The notes beneath the pieces were generated by a model. It had not been told where the DNA came from and did not search any database. It saw nothing but the letters and a program-made list of their open reading frames with translations. The position numbers and the translations under genes were made by a program. From Planctomycetota bacterium (GTDB lineage: Bacteria; Planctomycetota; JAJSAM01; JAJVHW01), in contig JAJFFG010000051.1 of the NCBI GenBank assembly GCA_021776825.1, positions 17,283 to 81,282 on the forward strand: DNA of 64,000 nucleotides. The letters run 5' to 3'. Positions 10,456-18,880 of the stretch are shown here, piece by piece. Position 1 is the stretch's first letter. Each line of letters starts with the position of its first letter.

Positions 10456-11592
10456 ATGCACCCCGAGCTCGCCGCGATCCCGATCGGCCGCGGCCGGGCC
10501 GAGCGCGCGCGCTTCTGGCGCTCCGGACTCCCGCCGTACGAGGGCGACCGGCACCACGTGGTCCCGCTGCTCATGGACTGCCACGCACGGTGGCACCCGG
10601 AGCACCCGTTCTTCCGGCACGCCGAGACGCAGCACTTCGTCCTCACCGGACCAGGCCGCCACGATGGGCGCATTGCCGCGACCGTGGACCGTGCCAACGA
10701 CGCGCTGGGCGAGGCGCATGTCGGACTGTTCGGCTGGTTCGAGTGCACGCAGAGTCCGAAGCGCGCCGAGTGCTTACTCGACGCCGCTGCGGCCTGGCTC
10801 CGCGAGCGCGGCTGCACGCGGATGCGCGGGCCCGTCTCGTACACGACCAATGGCCTGAGCGGGCTGCTCGTCGAGGACAACCACCCGGGCCCGCCGACGC
10901 TCGACATGCCCTACAACCCGCCGTGGTACGCGGAGCTCCTGGAGGGCTGGGGGCTCGAGAAGGCCCAGGACCTGGTCTCCCTGCGCCTCGACGTCGGTGC
11001 TGCGCCCGACCCGCGCCACGTACGGGTCACGGATCGCGCGCTGGCGCGAGGCGGGTTCTCGATCCGGCACGTCCGCGCCGATACTGCTGGGTTCGCCGCC
11101 GACGTCGAGCACGTCCTGCGCATCTACAACGGAGCCTGGGAGCAGAACTGGGGCTTCGTGCCGCTCACCGCGGGCGAGATCCGACACGAGGCGAAGACGC
11201 TGAAGAGTGTGCTCGTCCCGGAGCTGATGCTCTTCGTCGAGAAGGACGGAGAGCCAGTGGCGTTCTCGCTCACGCTCCCCGACCTCAATCAGGCTCTGCG
11301 CACGATTCGCGGACGCCTCTGGCCGTGGTCCGTGGTGCGGTTCCTGCGAGCGCGGAAGCAGATTGACCACGTCCGCGTCATCACCCTCGGCGTCCTGCCG
11401 GAGTTCCGGCGCAACGGGCTCGACATGGCGCTCATCGTTCGAACCCACCTGGCGGCGTATCCGCGCGGGGTCCGGAGCGCCGAGTGCGGTTGGGTCCTGG
11501 ACGACAACGACGCCATGATCTCGGCCATCCGACGGGTCGGCGGAGAGATCAGCCGAACCTATCGGGTGTACGAGCGCGACCTGTCACATTGA
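10456..11592 (+). CDS. GNAT-fold N-acyltransferase-like protein (candidate bacterial ceramide synthase)
   Basis: 378 aa. Only a 3-nt gap after the Spt-like gene, same strand. C-terminal acyl-CoA N-acyltransferase-like region (VITLGVLPEFRRNGLDMALI). Family assignment is from motif resemblance only. Confidence 0.45.
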   Translation: MHPELAAIPIGRGRAERARFWRSGLPPYEGDRHHVVPLLMDCHARWHPEHPFFRHAETQHFVLTGPGRHDGRIAATVDRANDALGEAHVGLFGWFECTQSPKRAECLLDAAAAWLRERGCTRMRGPVSYTTNGLSGLLVEDNHPGPPTLDMPYNPPWYAELLEGWGLEKAQDLVSLRLDVGAAPDPRHVRVTDRALARGGFSIRHVRADTAGFAADVEHVLRIYNGAWEQNWGFVPLTAGEIRHEAKTLKSVLVPELMLFVEKDGEPVAFSLTLPDLNQALRTIRGRLWPWSVVRFLRARKQIDHVRVITLGVLPEFRRNGLDMALIVRTHLAAYPRGVRSAECGWVLDDNDAMISAIRRVGGEISRTYRVYERDLSH

Positions 11593-11764
11593 CAGCCAAC
11601 GAGCCGAATCAAGTAGCCCCGCGCAGGGGGTCCGGCTAACCTGCGCCCCGCCCGAGGGCGTTCGGATTCGGACGCGGCACCGGGGCGCCACCCGACGTCC
11701 TGCGTGCGTGATCGCACATCTGGCGTCAGGCCGCTCCATCCGCTTCGACGCGTGAACGAGCGCC

Positions 11765-13591
11765 ATGCAGGAACGCTCGGGAGAACGACGGTTCACGCAC
11801 ACGGAAGGACCAGGCGTGGCGACCAGATCCAAGGCAGCGAAGTCGAAGGCAGCGAAGACGGGGCCTTCGAAGGCCGCGCGAGCGGCTCCAGCCCGCAAGA
11901 CGTCGACGAAGCCCACCGCCAAGAAGGCCCCATCCAAGAAGGCCACGTCGAAGAAGGCCCCATCCAAGAAGGCCCCATCCAAGAAGGCCACGTCGAAGAA
12001 GCCCGTGGCGAAGAAGTCCGCCGCCAAGCGGGCGACGCGCAACGCCCCGGCGAAGAAGGCCCCCGCGAAGAAGGCCCCCGCGCGAACGACCTCAGCGCGG
12101 AAGCCGACCGCGAAGAAGGCCCCGGCGAAGAAGATCACGGCGAAGAAGTCCACCGCCAGGAAGACGCCGGCTAAGAAGGCTCCGGCCAAGAAGGCCGCGT
12201 CGAAGCGCCCGGCTGCCAAGAAGCCCACCGCCCGCAAGGCTCCCGCACGGACGTCCACGACGAAGCGCTCGGCCACCAAGAAGCCGACGAAGTCGTCCGC
12301 GCGGAAGCCAGCGAAGAAGACCGCCAAGAAGCCCGCGGAGCGCACCGCGTCGACCAAGCCGGCCACGAAGTCGACGACGCGCCGCACGACATCGAAGAAG
12401 GCGCCCGTCAAGAAGACCACCGCGAAGAAGGCGGCGACCCGGAAGGCGCCCGCTAAGAAGGCGACCATCAAGAAGTCGCCGGCCAAGAAGGCGCCCACGA
12501 AGAAGGGCTCTGCGAAGAAGCCCGCCGCCAAGAAGTCCACAGGTAGGAAGACGGCGACGAAGCCGGCTGCAAAGACCACCGTGGCAACGAAGAAGACAGC
12601 GGCCAAGAAGGCCGCACCCAAGACGAAGAGGAGCACCCAGTTGGCCGATAGCCAGACCGGGTCCTCGGCGGAAACCGCCGGGGACCTCAGTACGAAGAAG
12701 TCCAAGTCCGCCTCGTCCGTCGCGACCGCGACGAAGACGGCGGGCGCGCGCCCGAAGCGCAAGCGTGAGCGCAAGCCGAAGCCGCCCGCGAAGACCATGA
12801 ACGCGCCCGAGCCGGTGCGCGACATCCTCCTGTCGATGGACATGCCCGACGTGCGCCGGGCGCGGACGGCGAACCAGCGTCGCCAGGCCTCCCGCGGCCA
12901 CCTCAAGCCGGCCCACACGGATGACCTCGCACAGGACGACATCACGGCGCCGCGTGAGCCGCTCGACGCGACGCTCATCATGAACACGCTGGCCGTCGAC
13001 GTGCAGCCGCGCATCGAGGATCACTACGACTACACGGTGCTCGAGGAGTTCAGCGAGTCCGACGAGTGCCCGCGCTCGACCCGCATGGTCAACACTGGCT
13101 GCGGTGGTGGCGAGGCAGCCGTCTTCTTCGCGAAGCGTGGGTTCCACTGCGTCGGGATCGATCCCGATCGCGGCGACGTCGGCCTCGCCCGCGAGCGTGC
13201 GTGGCTGGCCGGAGTGGACATCGACTTCATGGTCGGTGACCTCTTCGAGACCCCCAACCTCCTCCCCGGTGGTTCGTTCGGGCTCGCTGTGGATCGCGGC
13301 GCGTTCCACCGCATCGAGGAGCCGCGCGAACGTCAGCGCTACCTGGCGAACATTCGTCGGCTTCTCTCTGAGGGCGGCGTGCTGCTCCTCAGCGCCGGGT
13401 ACTTCCCGGTACGCTCCGAGAAGGGTCAGAGTCGCTCACGCCGCACCGGCGAGACGATCCTGCTCGCCGAGGAGGGTGGAGTCGTCGTCGGCGAGATGCG
13501 CACGGCGGGCTTCGCGTTGCTCCACCGCGTGCTGAGGCAGACGGCGGACTCGGGCGAGTTCGGCGAGCTGGTCCTCTACCTGCGGAAGTAG
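11765..13591 (+). CDS. fusion protein: histone H1-like Lys/Ala/Pro-rich repeat domain (about 300 aa) plus C-terminal class I SAM-dependent methyltransferase
   Basis: N-terminal (A/P/T)KK(A/P) repeats (AKKAPAKK, SKKAPSKK and similar). C-terminal Rossmann MTase motif I VNTGCGGGEAAVFFAKRGFHCVGIDPD and post-I acidic motif DFMVGDLF. Confidence 0.7.
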   Translation: MQERSGERRFTHTEGPGVATRSKAAKSKAAKTGPSKAARAAPARKTSTKPTAKKAPSKKATSKKAPSKKAPSKKATSKKPVAKKSAAKRATRNAPAKKAPAKKAPARTTSARKPTAKKAPAKKITAKKSTARKTPAKKAPAKKAASKRPAAKKPTARKAPARTSTTKRSATKKPTKSSARKPAKKTAKKPAERTASTKPATKSTTRRTTSKKAPVKKTTAKKAATRKAPAKKATIKKSPAKKAPTKKGSAKKPAAKKSTGRKTATKPAAKTTVATKKTAAKKAAPKTKRSTQLADSQTGSSAETAGDLSTKKSKSASSVATATKTAGARPKRKRERKPKPPAKTMNAPEPVRDILLSMDMPDVRRARTANQRRQASRGHLKPAHTDDLAQDDITAPREPLDATLIMNTLAVDVQPRIEDHYDYTVLEEFSESDECPRSTRMVNTGCGGGEAAVFFAKRGFHCVGIDPDRGDVGLARERAWLAGVDIDFMVGDLFETPNLLPGGSFGLAVDRGAFHRIEEPRERQRYLANIRRLLSEGGVLLLSAGYFPVRSEKGQSRSRRTGETILLAEEGGVVVGEMRTAGFALLHRVLRQTADSGEFGELVLYLRK

Positions 13592-13713
13592 GCATCGGCG
13601 TCGCGGGGCGTCTCGGAGACCGGCTGGAGTTACGGCTCGGGCTGGCCTTCTGGTGCGTCACCGCGACGACTGCATCCCTGACCGGCGCCGGGGCGGCGTT
13701 CCTGCCGTACGCG

Positions 13714-14484
13714 GTGCCGGTGGTGGTGCTCATCCTGCTCTGGCCGCGGCTACGCACGCTGCGGCTCGCGCCCGCGGTGCTTGACTGGCTGCCGCTCCCG
13801 TTCGTCGTCCTGACGTACGAGATGCTGCACGCTGTCGTGCCACGGTGCTGGAGCGCGACCATCGATCCATGGCTGCGCCAGGCCGACCGCGCGTTGCTCG
13901 GCGCGGACGCCGCCTCGTTGCTCGAGCCGTGGGTCGACGCGGGTCTGACGACCGCGCTCTCCACGGCCTACGCGAGCTACTACGTCCTGCCGGTCGGTCT
14001 CGCGATCTGGTGCTGGCGACGGAACCGCGTCGCGTTTCGATGCCTCATCGTGGGCGAGGTGGGCGCACTCTTCATCGGGTACCTCGGGTATCTCTTCCTC
14101 CCCGCCATCGGCCCGCACCTGTTCTTCGAGCCGGGCACGTTCGCCGCCGCGCTCGACGGCGACTTCATCGGGGAGCTCATTCGCTCGCTGAACGGCGCGC
14201 ACGACGGGCGCTATCCACGGGACGCCTTCCCGAGCCTGCACACGGCGAACGCCGTGACCGCCGTGATCGTCGCCTGGCGACACGAGCGCCGAGCGCTCGC
14301 CGTCGTCGCCCCGCTCGCCGCGGGAATCATCGCCGCGACGGTGTACCTGCGATTCCACTACGTCATCGACGTCGCGGCCGGAGCCGCGCTCGCCGTGGCC
14401 TGGCAGGCCTGGGTGCCACGGCTGGTCGCGAGCGAGACTCACGCGACGTCCACTGTCCCTTCGCCGGAGCGCAGCACGACATGA
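13714..14484 (+). CDS. PAP2-family (type 2 phosphatidic acid phosphatase / sphingolipid phosphotransferase-like) membrane protein
   Basis: PAP2 motifs: PSLH (PSGH-like) in DAFPSLHTANAV and the SRxxxxxHxxxD-like YLRFHYVIDVAAG. Multiple TM segments. The N-terminus may extend upstream, since the frame is open from 13594. Confidence 0.7.
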   Translation: MPVVVLILLWPRLRTLRLAPAVLDWLPLPFVVLTYEMLHAVVPRCWSATIDPWLRQADRALLGADAASLLEPWVDAGLTTALSTAYASYYVLPVGLAIWCWRRNRVAFRCLIVGEVGALFIGYLGYLFLPAIGPHLFFEPGTFAAALDGDFIGELIRSLNGAHDGRYPRDAFPSLHTANAVTAVIVAWRHERRALAVVAPLAAGIIAATVYLRFHYVIDVAAGAALAVAWQAWVPRLVASETHATSTVPSPERSTT

Positions 14485-15656
14485 ACCCCGCGTCGACCTC
14501 TCCCGCCCTCGCCGGTGCACTGGTGCCGCTCCAGCGCCGTGACGCGGGGAGTGGTGCGAAGATCGGAGCGGCGATCCTCGTCCGGCTCGACCACGCTCAG
14601 GCGTACGCACCGCGGGCGGTGACGGCCGTGGCGGCAGCTGCGGCTGACGGAGTCGAGCGGCTCTCGGCCTACGGAGCCGGATGGGCCGCGGATGTCGCCG
14701 CCGTCGCTGCTGCGCGCGACATCCCGTGCACTGCGGTGATCGAGGAGGACGCGCCGACGACGTACGTGACGCTCCTCGCCGCACTGGGCGCGGAGATCCA
14801 GCGTGGGCCCGGCGACGTGCCGGGGAGCACGCTCGTCGATCCCGCAGAGGGGCTGGACCCGCCCGCCGAGGACGTCGAAGGAGATGTCCTCGTCGGCTAC
14901 GGCCGCGCGCCGGAAGGGGCCGCCACGCGCCGTGTGGGGGTGACGGTCTCGGGCACCTCATCGAGCGGCCTGTTCCCGGCATCGCGGATGGACGCCGCGG
15001 ACGAGCTCATCAGCGTCGACGCGCGCGAAGCGATCGCTGCGGCGCGCGCGGTGGCGCGCGACGATGGCCTGCTGGTCGGACCGGCCTCGGGTGCCGTTCT
15101 CGCGGTGGCTCGGCGCCTCGCGGGCGAGATCGCCGACGACATGCGCGTCATCGCCGTCCTCCCGGACGGTGGCGCCGCCGCGCTGGCGACGATCCACGAC
15201 GAGGCCTGGCTGCGTCGACACGGGCTGCTCGCCGACACTCCGGCCCTGACCGCCGCCGACCTTCTCTCGCGCAAGGGCGGCGGGCCCCAGGACATGGTGA
15301 TGCTCGCACCCGACGCGAGCGTCGATCATGCGATCCGGATCATGCAGGACCTCGAGGTCTCGCAGATCCCGATCGTCGATGAGGGCGAGGTCGTGGGCAC
15401 GATCCGCGAGGATCAGGTCATCGACCTCCTCCTGCACACGCCGGAGCGCAAGGACGGCCCGGTGGCGGACGTCATGGACGATCCGCTCCGCGAGATCACG
15501 CCCGACGCGGATATCGAAGACATCCAAGCGATGATCGTGGCCGGCGGCTCCGCCCTGATCGTGCGGTGGCCCGACGGCCGACGAGAGATCCTCACGAAGT
15601 ACGACCTGATCCACGGACTCGCGCGCGAGTCCGGCGACCGAGACGAGGAACGATGA
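14481..15656 (+). CDS. cystathionine-beta-synthase-like protein (fold-type II PLP domain plus tandem CBS domains), probably catalytically degenerate
   Basis: ATG at 14481 overlaps the PAP2 stop (ATGA). The C-terminal half carries two CBS-domain-like segments. The N-terminal CysK/CBS-like fold lacks the conserved SVKDR lysine (replaced by AQAYAPRA). The upstream part of ORF 13845..15656 is rejected. Confidence 0.6.
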   Translation: MNPASTSPALAGALVPLQRRDAGSGAKIGAAILVRLDHAQAYAPRAVTAVAAAAADGVERLSAYGAGWAADVAAVAAARDIPCTAVIEEDAPTTYVTLLAALGAEIQRGPGDVPGSTLVDPAEGLDPPAEDVEGDVLVGYGRAPEGAATRRVGVTVSGTSSSGLFPASRMDAADELISVDAREAIAAARAVARDDGLLVGPASGAVLAVARRLAGEIADDMRVIAVLPDGGAAALATIHDEAWLRRHGLLADTPALTAADLLSRKGGGPQDMVMLAPDASVDHAIRIMQDLEVSQIPIVDEGEVVGTIREDQVIDLLLHTPERKDGPVADVMDDPLREITPDADIEDIQAMIVAGGSALIVRWPDGRREILTKYDLIHGLARESGDRDEER

Positions 15657-16813
15657 GCGACCACGACGACCAGGGGTTCGGAACGCGCTGCATCCACGGC
15701 GGACAGAAGCCGTGCGAGGCAACCGGGGCGATCATGCCGCCCGTCTACATGACCAGCACGTACGTGCAGAGCTCGCCCGGCGTCAACCAGGGCTACGACT
15801 ACTCGCGCACGATCAACCCGACGCGCCGCGCGCTGGAGCGCAACCTGGCGTCGCTCGAGGGTGGTCGGCACGGGCTCGCCTACTCGAGCGGGATGGCCGC
15901 TGCCGACTGCGCGGTGCACCTGCTCTCGCAGGGCGATCACATCGTCGCGTGCAACGACCTGTACGGCGGCAGCTACCGTCTGCTGCGCGCCGTGTACGAG
16001 CAGCTCGGGATCGAGTCGACGTTCGTCGACACAACCGACGAAGCCGCGTTCCGCGAGGCCTTCCGCCCGACGACGCGCATGGTCTGGATCGAGACGCCGA
16101 GCAACCCCCTGCTGCGGATCACCGACATCGAGCTCTGCACGTCCATCGCGCGCGCGAGCGGCGCGCTCTCGGTCGTCGACAACACGTTCGCGACGCCGTA
16201 CCTGCAGCAGCCGCTGGGACTCGGCGCGGACATCGTCCTGCACAGCACCACCAAGTACATGGGCGGCCACTCCGACGTCGTCGGGGGCGCGCTCGTGGTG
16301 AACGACGATGCGCTCCACGAGCGGCTCCGCTTCCTGCAGAACTCCGTCGGCGCGGTGCCCGGACCGATGGACTGCTTCCTCACGTTGCGCGGCGCGAAGA
16401 CGTTGCACCTGCGCATGCAGCGTCACGCCGAGAACGCCTCGCAGATCGCTGCCTGGCTAGAGGCGCACGAGGCCGTCGACACGGTCATGTACCCGGGCCT
16501 GCCGTCGCACGCGCAGCACGCGCTCGCGATGCGGCAGATGAAGAATGGCGGCGGGATGGTGAGCTTCGAAGTGCGCGGCGGGCTCGACGCGAGTCGCATC
16601 GTCGCGGAGCGCGTGCGCCTGTTCGCCCTGGCCGAGAGTCTGGGCGGCGTCGAGTCGTTGCTCGACCACCCGGCGATCATGACGCACGCCTCGATCCCGG
16701 TGGCCGAGCGTCACGCAGCGGGTCTCACCGACGGACTACTGCGTCTCTCGGTCGGGGTCGAGGACGTCGCCGATCTGATCGGAGACCTCACGCAGGCTCT
16801 CGCGGAGATCTGA
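15652..16813 (+). CDS. cystathionine gamma-lyase / gamma-synthase family (Cys/Met metabolism PLP-dependent enzyme)
   Basis: ATG at 15652 overlaps the previous stop. PLP-lysine motif HSTTKYMGGHSDVVGG. Family-typical N-terminus GTRCIHGG. Confidence 0.85.
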
Positions 16814-16903
16814 TTCGAGTCCTCGCGGAAAAGCGCTTCCTCCCGTCGCGATCTCGATCCGTCTCACGGAGACAGGGATGGCAGGGGACTCCGGGAGGGT
16901 GCC

Positions 16904-18160
16904 ATGCGCAACACGTTGAGGTTCACTGCGTTCGTCGCGGGTCTGCTACTCGTCTCCGCCTGCTCGGGCGGCTCGTCGGAACGAGGTGCCGCCCCGGATG
17001 GGAGCGGGATGCCGAGCGCGACCGAGGTCGCGCAGCTCGACGAACACCGCTCGCTCGGCGAGCCCGTGTCGATCGACAACCTGACCGTCTGGCCCGTGCA
17101 CACGGACGCCCCGCTCGAGATCGGCGAGTTCCTGACGCTCCAGGAGGCGCAGGCCGACGGCGTCGCGGCAGTTCGCGAGGTCGGCGGCAGCGCTCCGGGC
17201 GAGGCGCCGAACGGATCGAGCTCGAATCGCAGCGGCCGTCAGGTCGACAACCATCTCGCGAACGGCTCCGCGACGGTCAACACGCTCGTGGTCGAGAACT
17301 CCGGCGACAAGCCGATCCTGATCTGCGCCGGCACGATCGTGAAGGGCGGCAACCAGGATCGCCAGATCGGGCAGGACCTCGTCATCGCTGCCGGGAAGAC
17401 GGTCCCCGTCGGCGCGTTCTGCGTCGAGCAGGGCCGCTGGACGAACGTCCGCGAGGGCGTGGCGAACGACGGGACGTTCGCGGCCATGAACGTCGTGGCC
17501 CCGATGAAAGTGCGCACGAACGCCCAGTACGAGAAGGACCAGGGCAAGGTGTGGGAAGAGGTCGCGGCGGCACGCGTCGTCGCGTACCGGATGAGTGGCG
17601 GGGGCGGTGAGAGCACTGCGGCGCGCCGCTTGGCCTTCGAGTTCGAGGCCGACCCTCAGGCCGACGACATCCAGGTCCAAACCGCCAGTTTCGGCGGCGG
17701 CACGAGCTTCGTCGACGCCCTTGAGAAGGCGGACGGCTCCGTGCAGAAGGCGCGATCCCAGCGGACCGACGCGATCCGCGCGCACTTCGCCGAGCTAGCG
17801 GGCGACGACGCCCCCATCGGCTTCGCGTACGCCATCAACGGCAAGCCCGTCACCGTGCGCGTGTTCGCGCACCACCGTCTGCTCGAGCAGAACCTCGACC
17901 CGTTCCTGAACGCCATGGCGCTCGAGGCCGAGGCCGCGGAGGAGCAGGAGTTCACGCCCTGCACGGCGCACGACGTGGTGACGATGGTCAACGAGATCAA
18001 CGTGGCTGCCGAGCAGCGCGAGGAGACGAAGGCCGCCAACTGGAACGGACTCCGTCAGAACGACCGCGGCTTCAACGGGAACTGCTACTTCGGGGACGGA
18101 GACGCTGAGGACGCGGAGTTCCTCTACATCCCGGTGACCCAGGACTGGACGTCTCGGTAA
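16904..18160 (+). CDS. hypothetical lipoprotein
   Basis: Lipoprotein signal with lipobox (MRNTLRFTAFVAGLLLVSAC). Coding-like composition, no recognisable domain. Confidence 0.55.
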   Translation: MRNTLRFTAFVAGLLLVSACSGGSSERGAAPDGSGMPSATEVAQLDEHRSLGEPVSIDNLTVWPVHTDAPLEIGEFLTLQEAQADGVAAVREVGGSAPGEAPNGSSSNRSGRQVDNHLANGSATVNTLVVENSGDKPILICAGTIVKGGNQDRQIGQDLVIAAGKTVPVGAFCVEQGRWTNVREGVANDGTFAAMNVVAPMKVRTNAQYEKDQGKVWEEVAAARVVAYRMSGGGGESTAARRLAFEFEADPQADDIQVQTASFGGGTSFVDALEKADGSVQKARSQRTDAIRAHFAELAGDDAPIGFAYAINGKPVTVRVFAHHRLLEQNLDPFLNAMALEAEAAEEQEFTPCTAHDVVTMVNEINVAAEQREETKAANWNGLRQNDRGFNGNCYFGDGDAEDAEFLYIPVTQDWTSR

Positions 18161-18164
18161 GTTC

Positions 18165-18339
18165 GATCCGTCGTCGGCGCGGGTGGGTCACCCCGCACAC
18201 AGTCGCGTGGCCCGTCGGTCGCAGCCTTGCGTGGCCTCAATCCACGCGTCACCGACGGCGCCTGCGCGAAGCGCAACCTCCGCGCCCCGGGTTCGGATTC
18301 GGGTGGGTGTCGTCTCCTCCAATCCAACGCGATCGCTAC
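18165..18339. repeat. truncated copy of composite repeat (unit tail plus GC stem-loop connector)
   Basis: Contains cggtcgcagccttgcgtggcctca and gcgcaacctccgcgccccgggt, shared with the loci at 21313, 43323 and 55036. Confidence 0.6.
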
Positions 18340-18630
18340 GTCAACGGCGGCGTAGGGGCGGACCCCCTGGTCCGCCCCGCCCGCTGGGGTTGCTCGCGCC
18401 ATGCGGGTCCGATGGCGCACTGCGAACGACCGGCGCGACGCGGACGGCCATCGGACGACGGCGCCGAACCCGATGGACTTCCCTGTGCGTCGGCGTCATC
18501 GGGTCGCGACGGGGATCGCCCGTGACGGACCGATCCACCCCCCCAGCGGTCGCTCGCTGACCGCCATCCACCCGCCTCATCCGGGCGACGCGTGTCGGCG
18601 GGGCGGACCGGGGGGTCCGCCCCTACGGGC
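18340..18630. repeat. MITE-like element copy A (about 290 bp) with about 22-bp terminal inverted repeats containing nested palindromes
   Basis: 5' end GTCAACGGCGGCGTAGGGGCGGACCccctGGTCCGCCCC. 3' end GGGGCGGACCggggGGTCCGCCCCTACGGGCGG. The ends are inverted with respect to each other, and each holds its own palindrome. Confidence 0.7.
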
Positions 18631-18687
18631 GGTCCCGGAAGTTCCCGACGCCGTCCGGGCGGCATACCCGATCGAACGGTGTCGCAA

Positions 18688-18880
18688 CTCAACGGTCCCG
18701 TACGGGCGGATCTCCTGATCCGCCCGCGCCCGCTGGGGTCGCTCGCTCTGGGCGGGTCCGACGGCGCTCGGCGGACGACTCGCGTGATGCGGACAGCCGT
18801 CGGTCGATCTGATGGCGGCTCGACGTCGGGGCTCGATCCCTCGATGACGCCGTCGGCGCCCCCGCCTACCCCTCGTCGGG
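18688..18880. repeat. MITE-like element copy B (partial, 5' TIR of the GATCTCCTGATC variant)
   Basis: Starts CTCAACGGTCCCGTACGGGCGGATCTCCTGATCCGCCCGCGCCCGCTGGGG. Core is homologous to copy A (gcccgctgggg...gggtccgacggcgc...gatgcggacagccgtcgg). Confidence 0.6.

Noticed and set aside
9157-10719. 520-aa minus-strand ORF
   Set aside because: Antisense to the clearly coding Spt-like gene. R/E/D-rich low-complexity.
11584-13014. 476-aa minus-strand ORF with FLAGAFF-type repeats, and 12092-13309 minus ORF (R/G/L-rich)
   Set aside because: Both are antisense translations of the K/A/P repeat gene 11765-13591. Their periodicity mirrors that gene's DNA repeat.
13845-14480. Upstream 210 aa of ORF 13845-15656
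   Set aside because: Overlaps the PAP2 gene in another frame and is R-rich. The CBS-like protein starts at ATG 14481, coupled to the PAP2 stop.
15712-17610. 632-aa plus-strand Arg-rich ORF
   Set aside because: Alternative frame across the CGL gene and the lipoprotein gene. More than 25% Arg, no domain-like segments.
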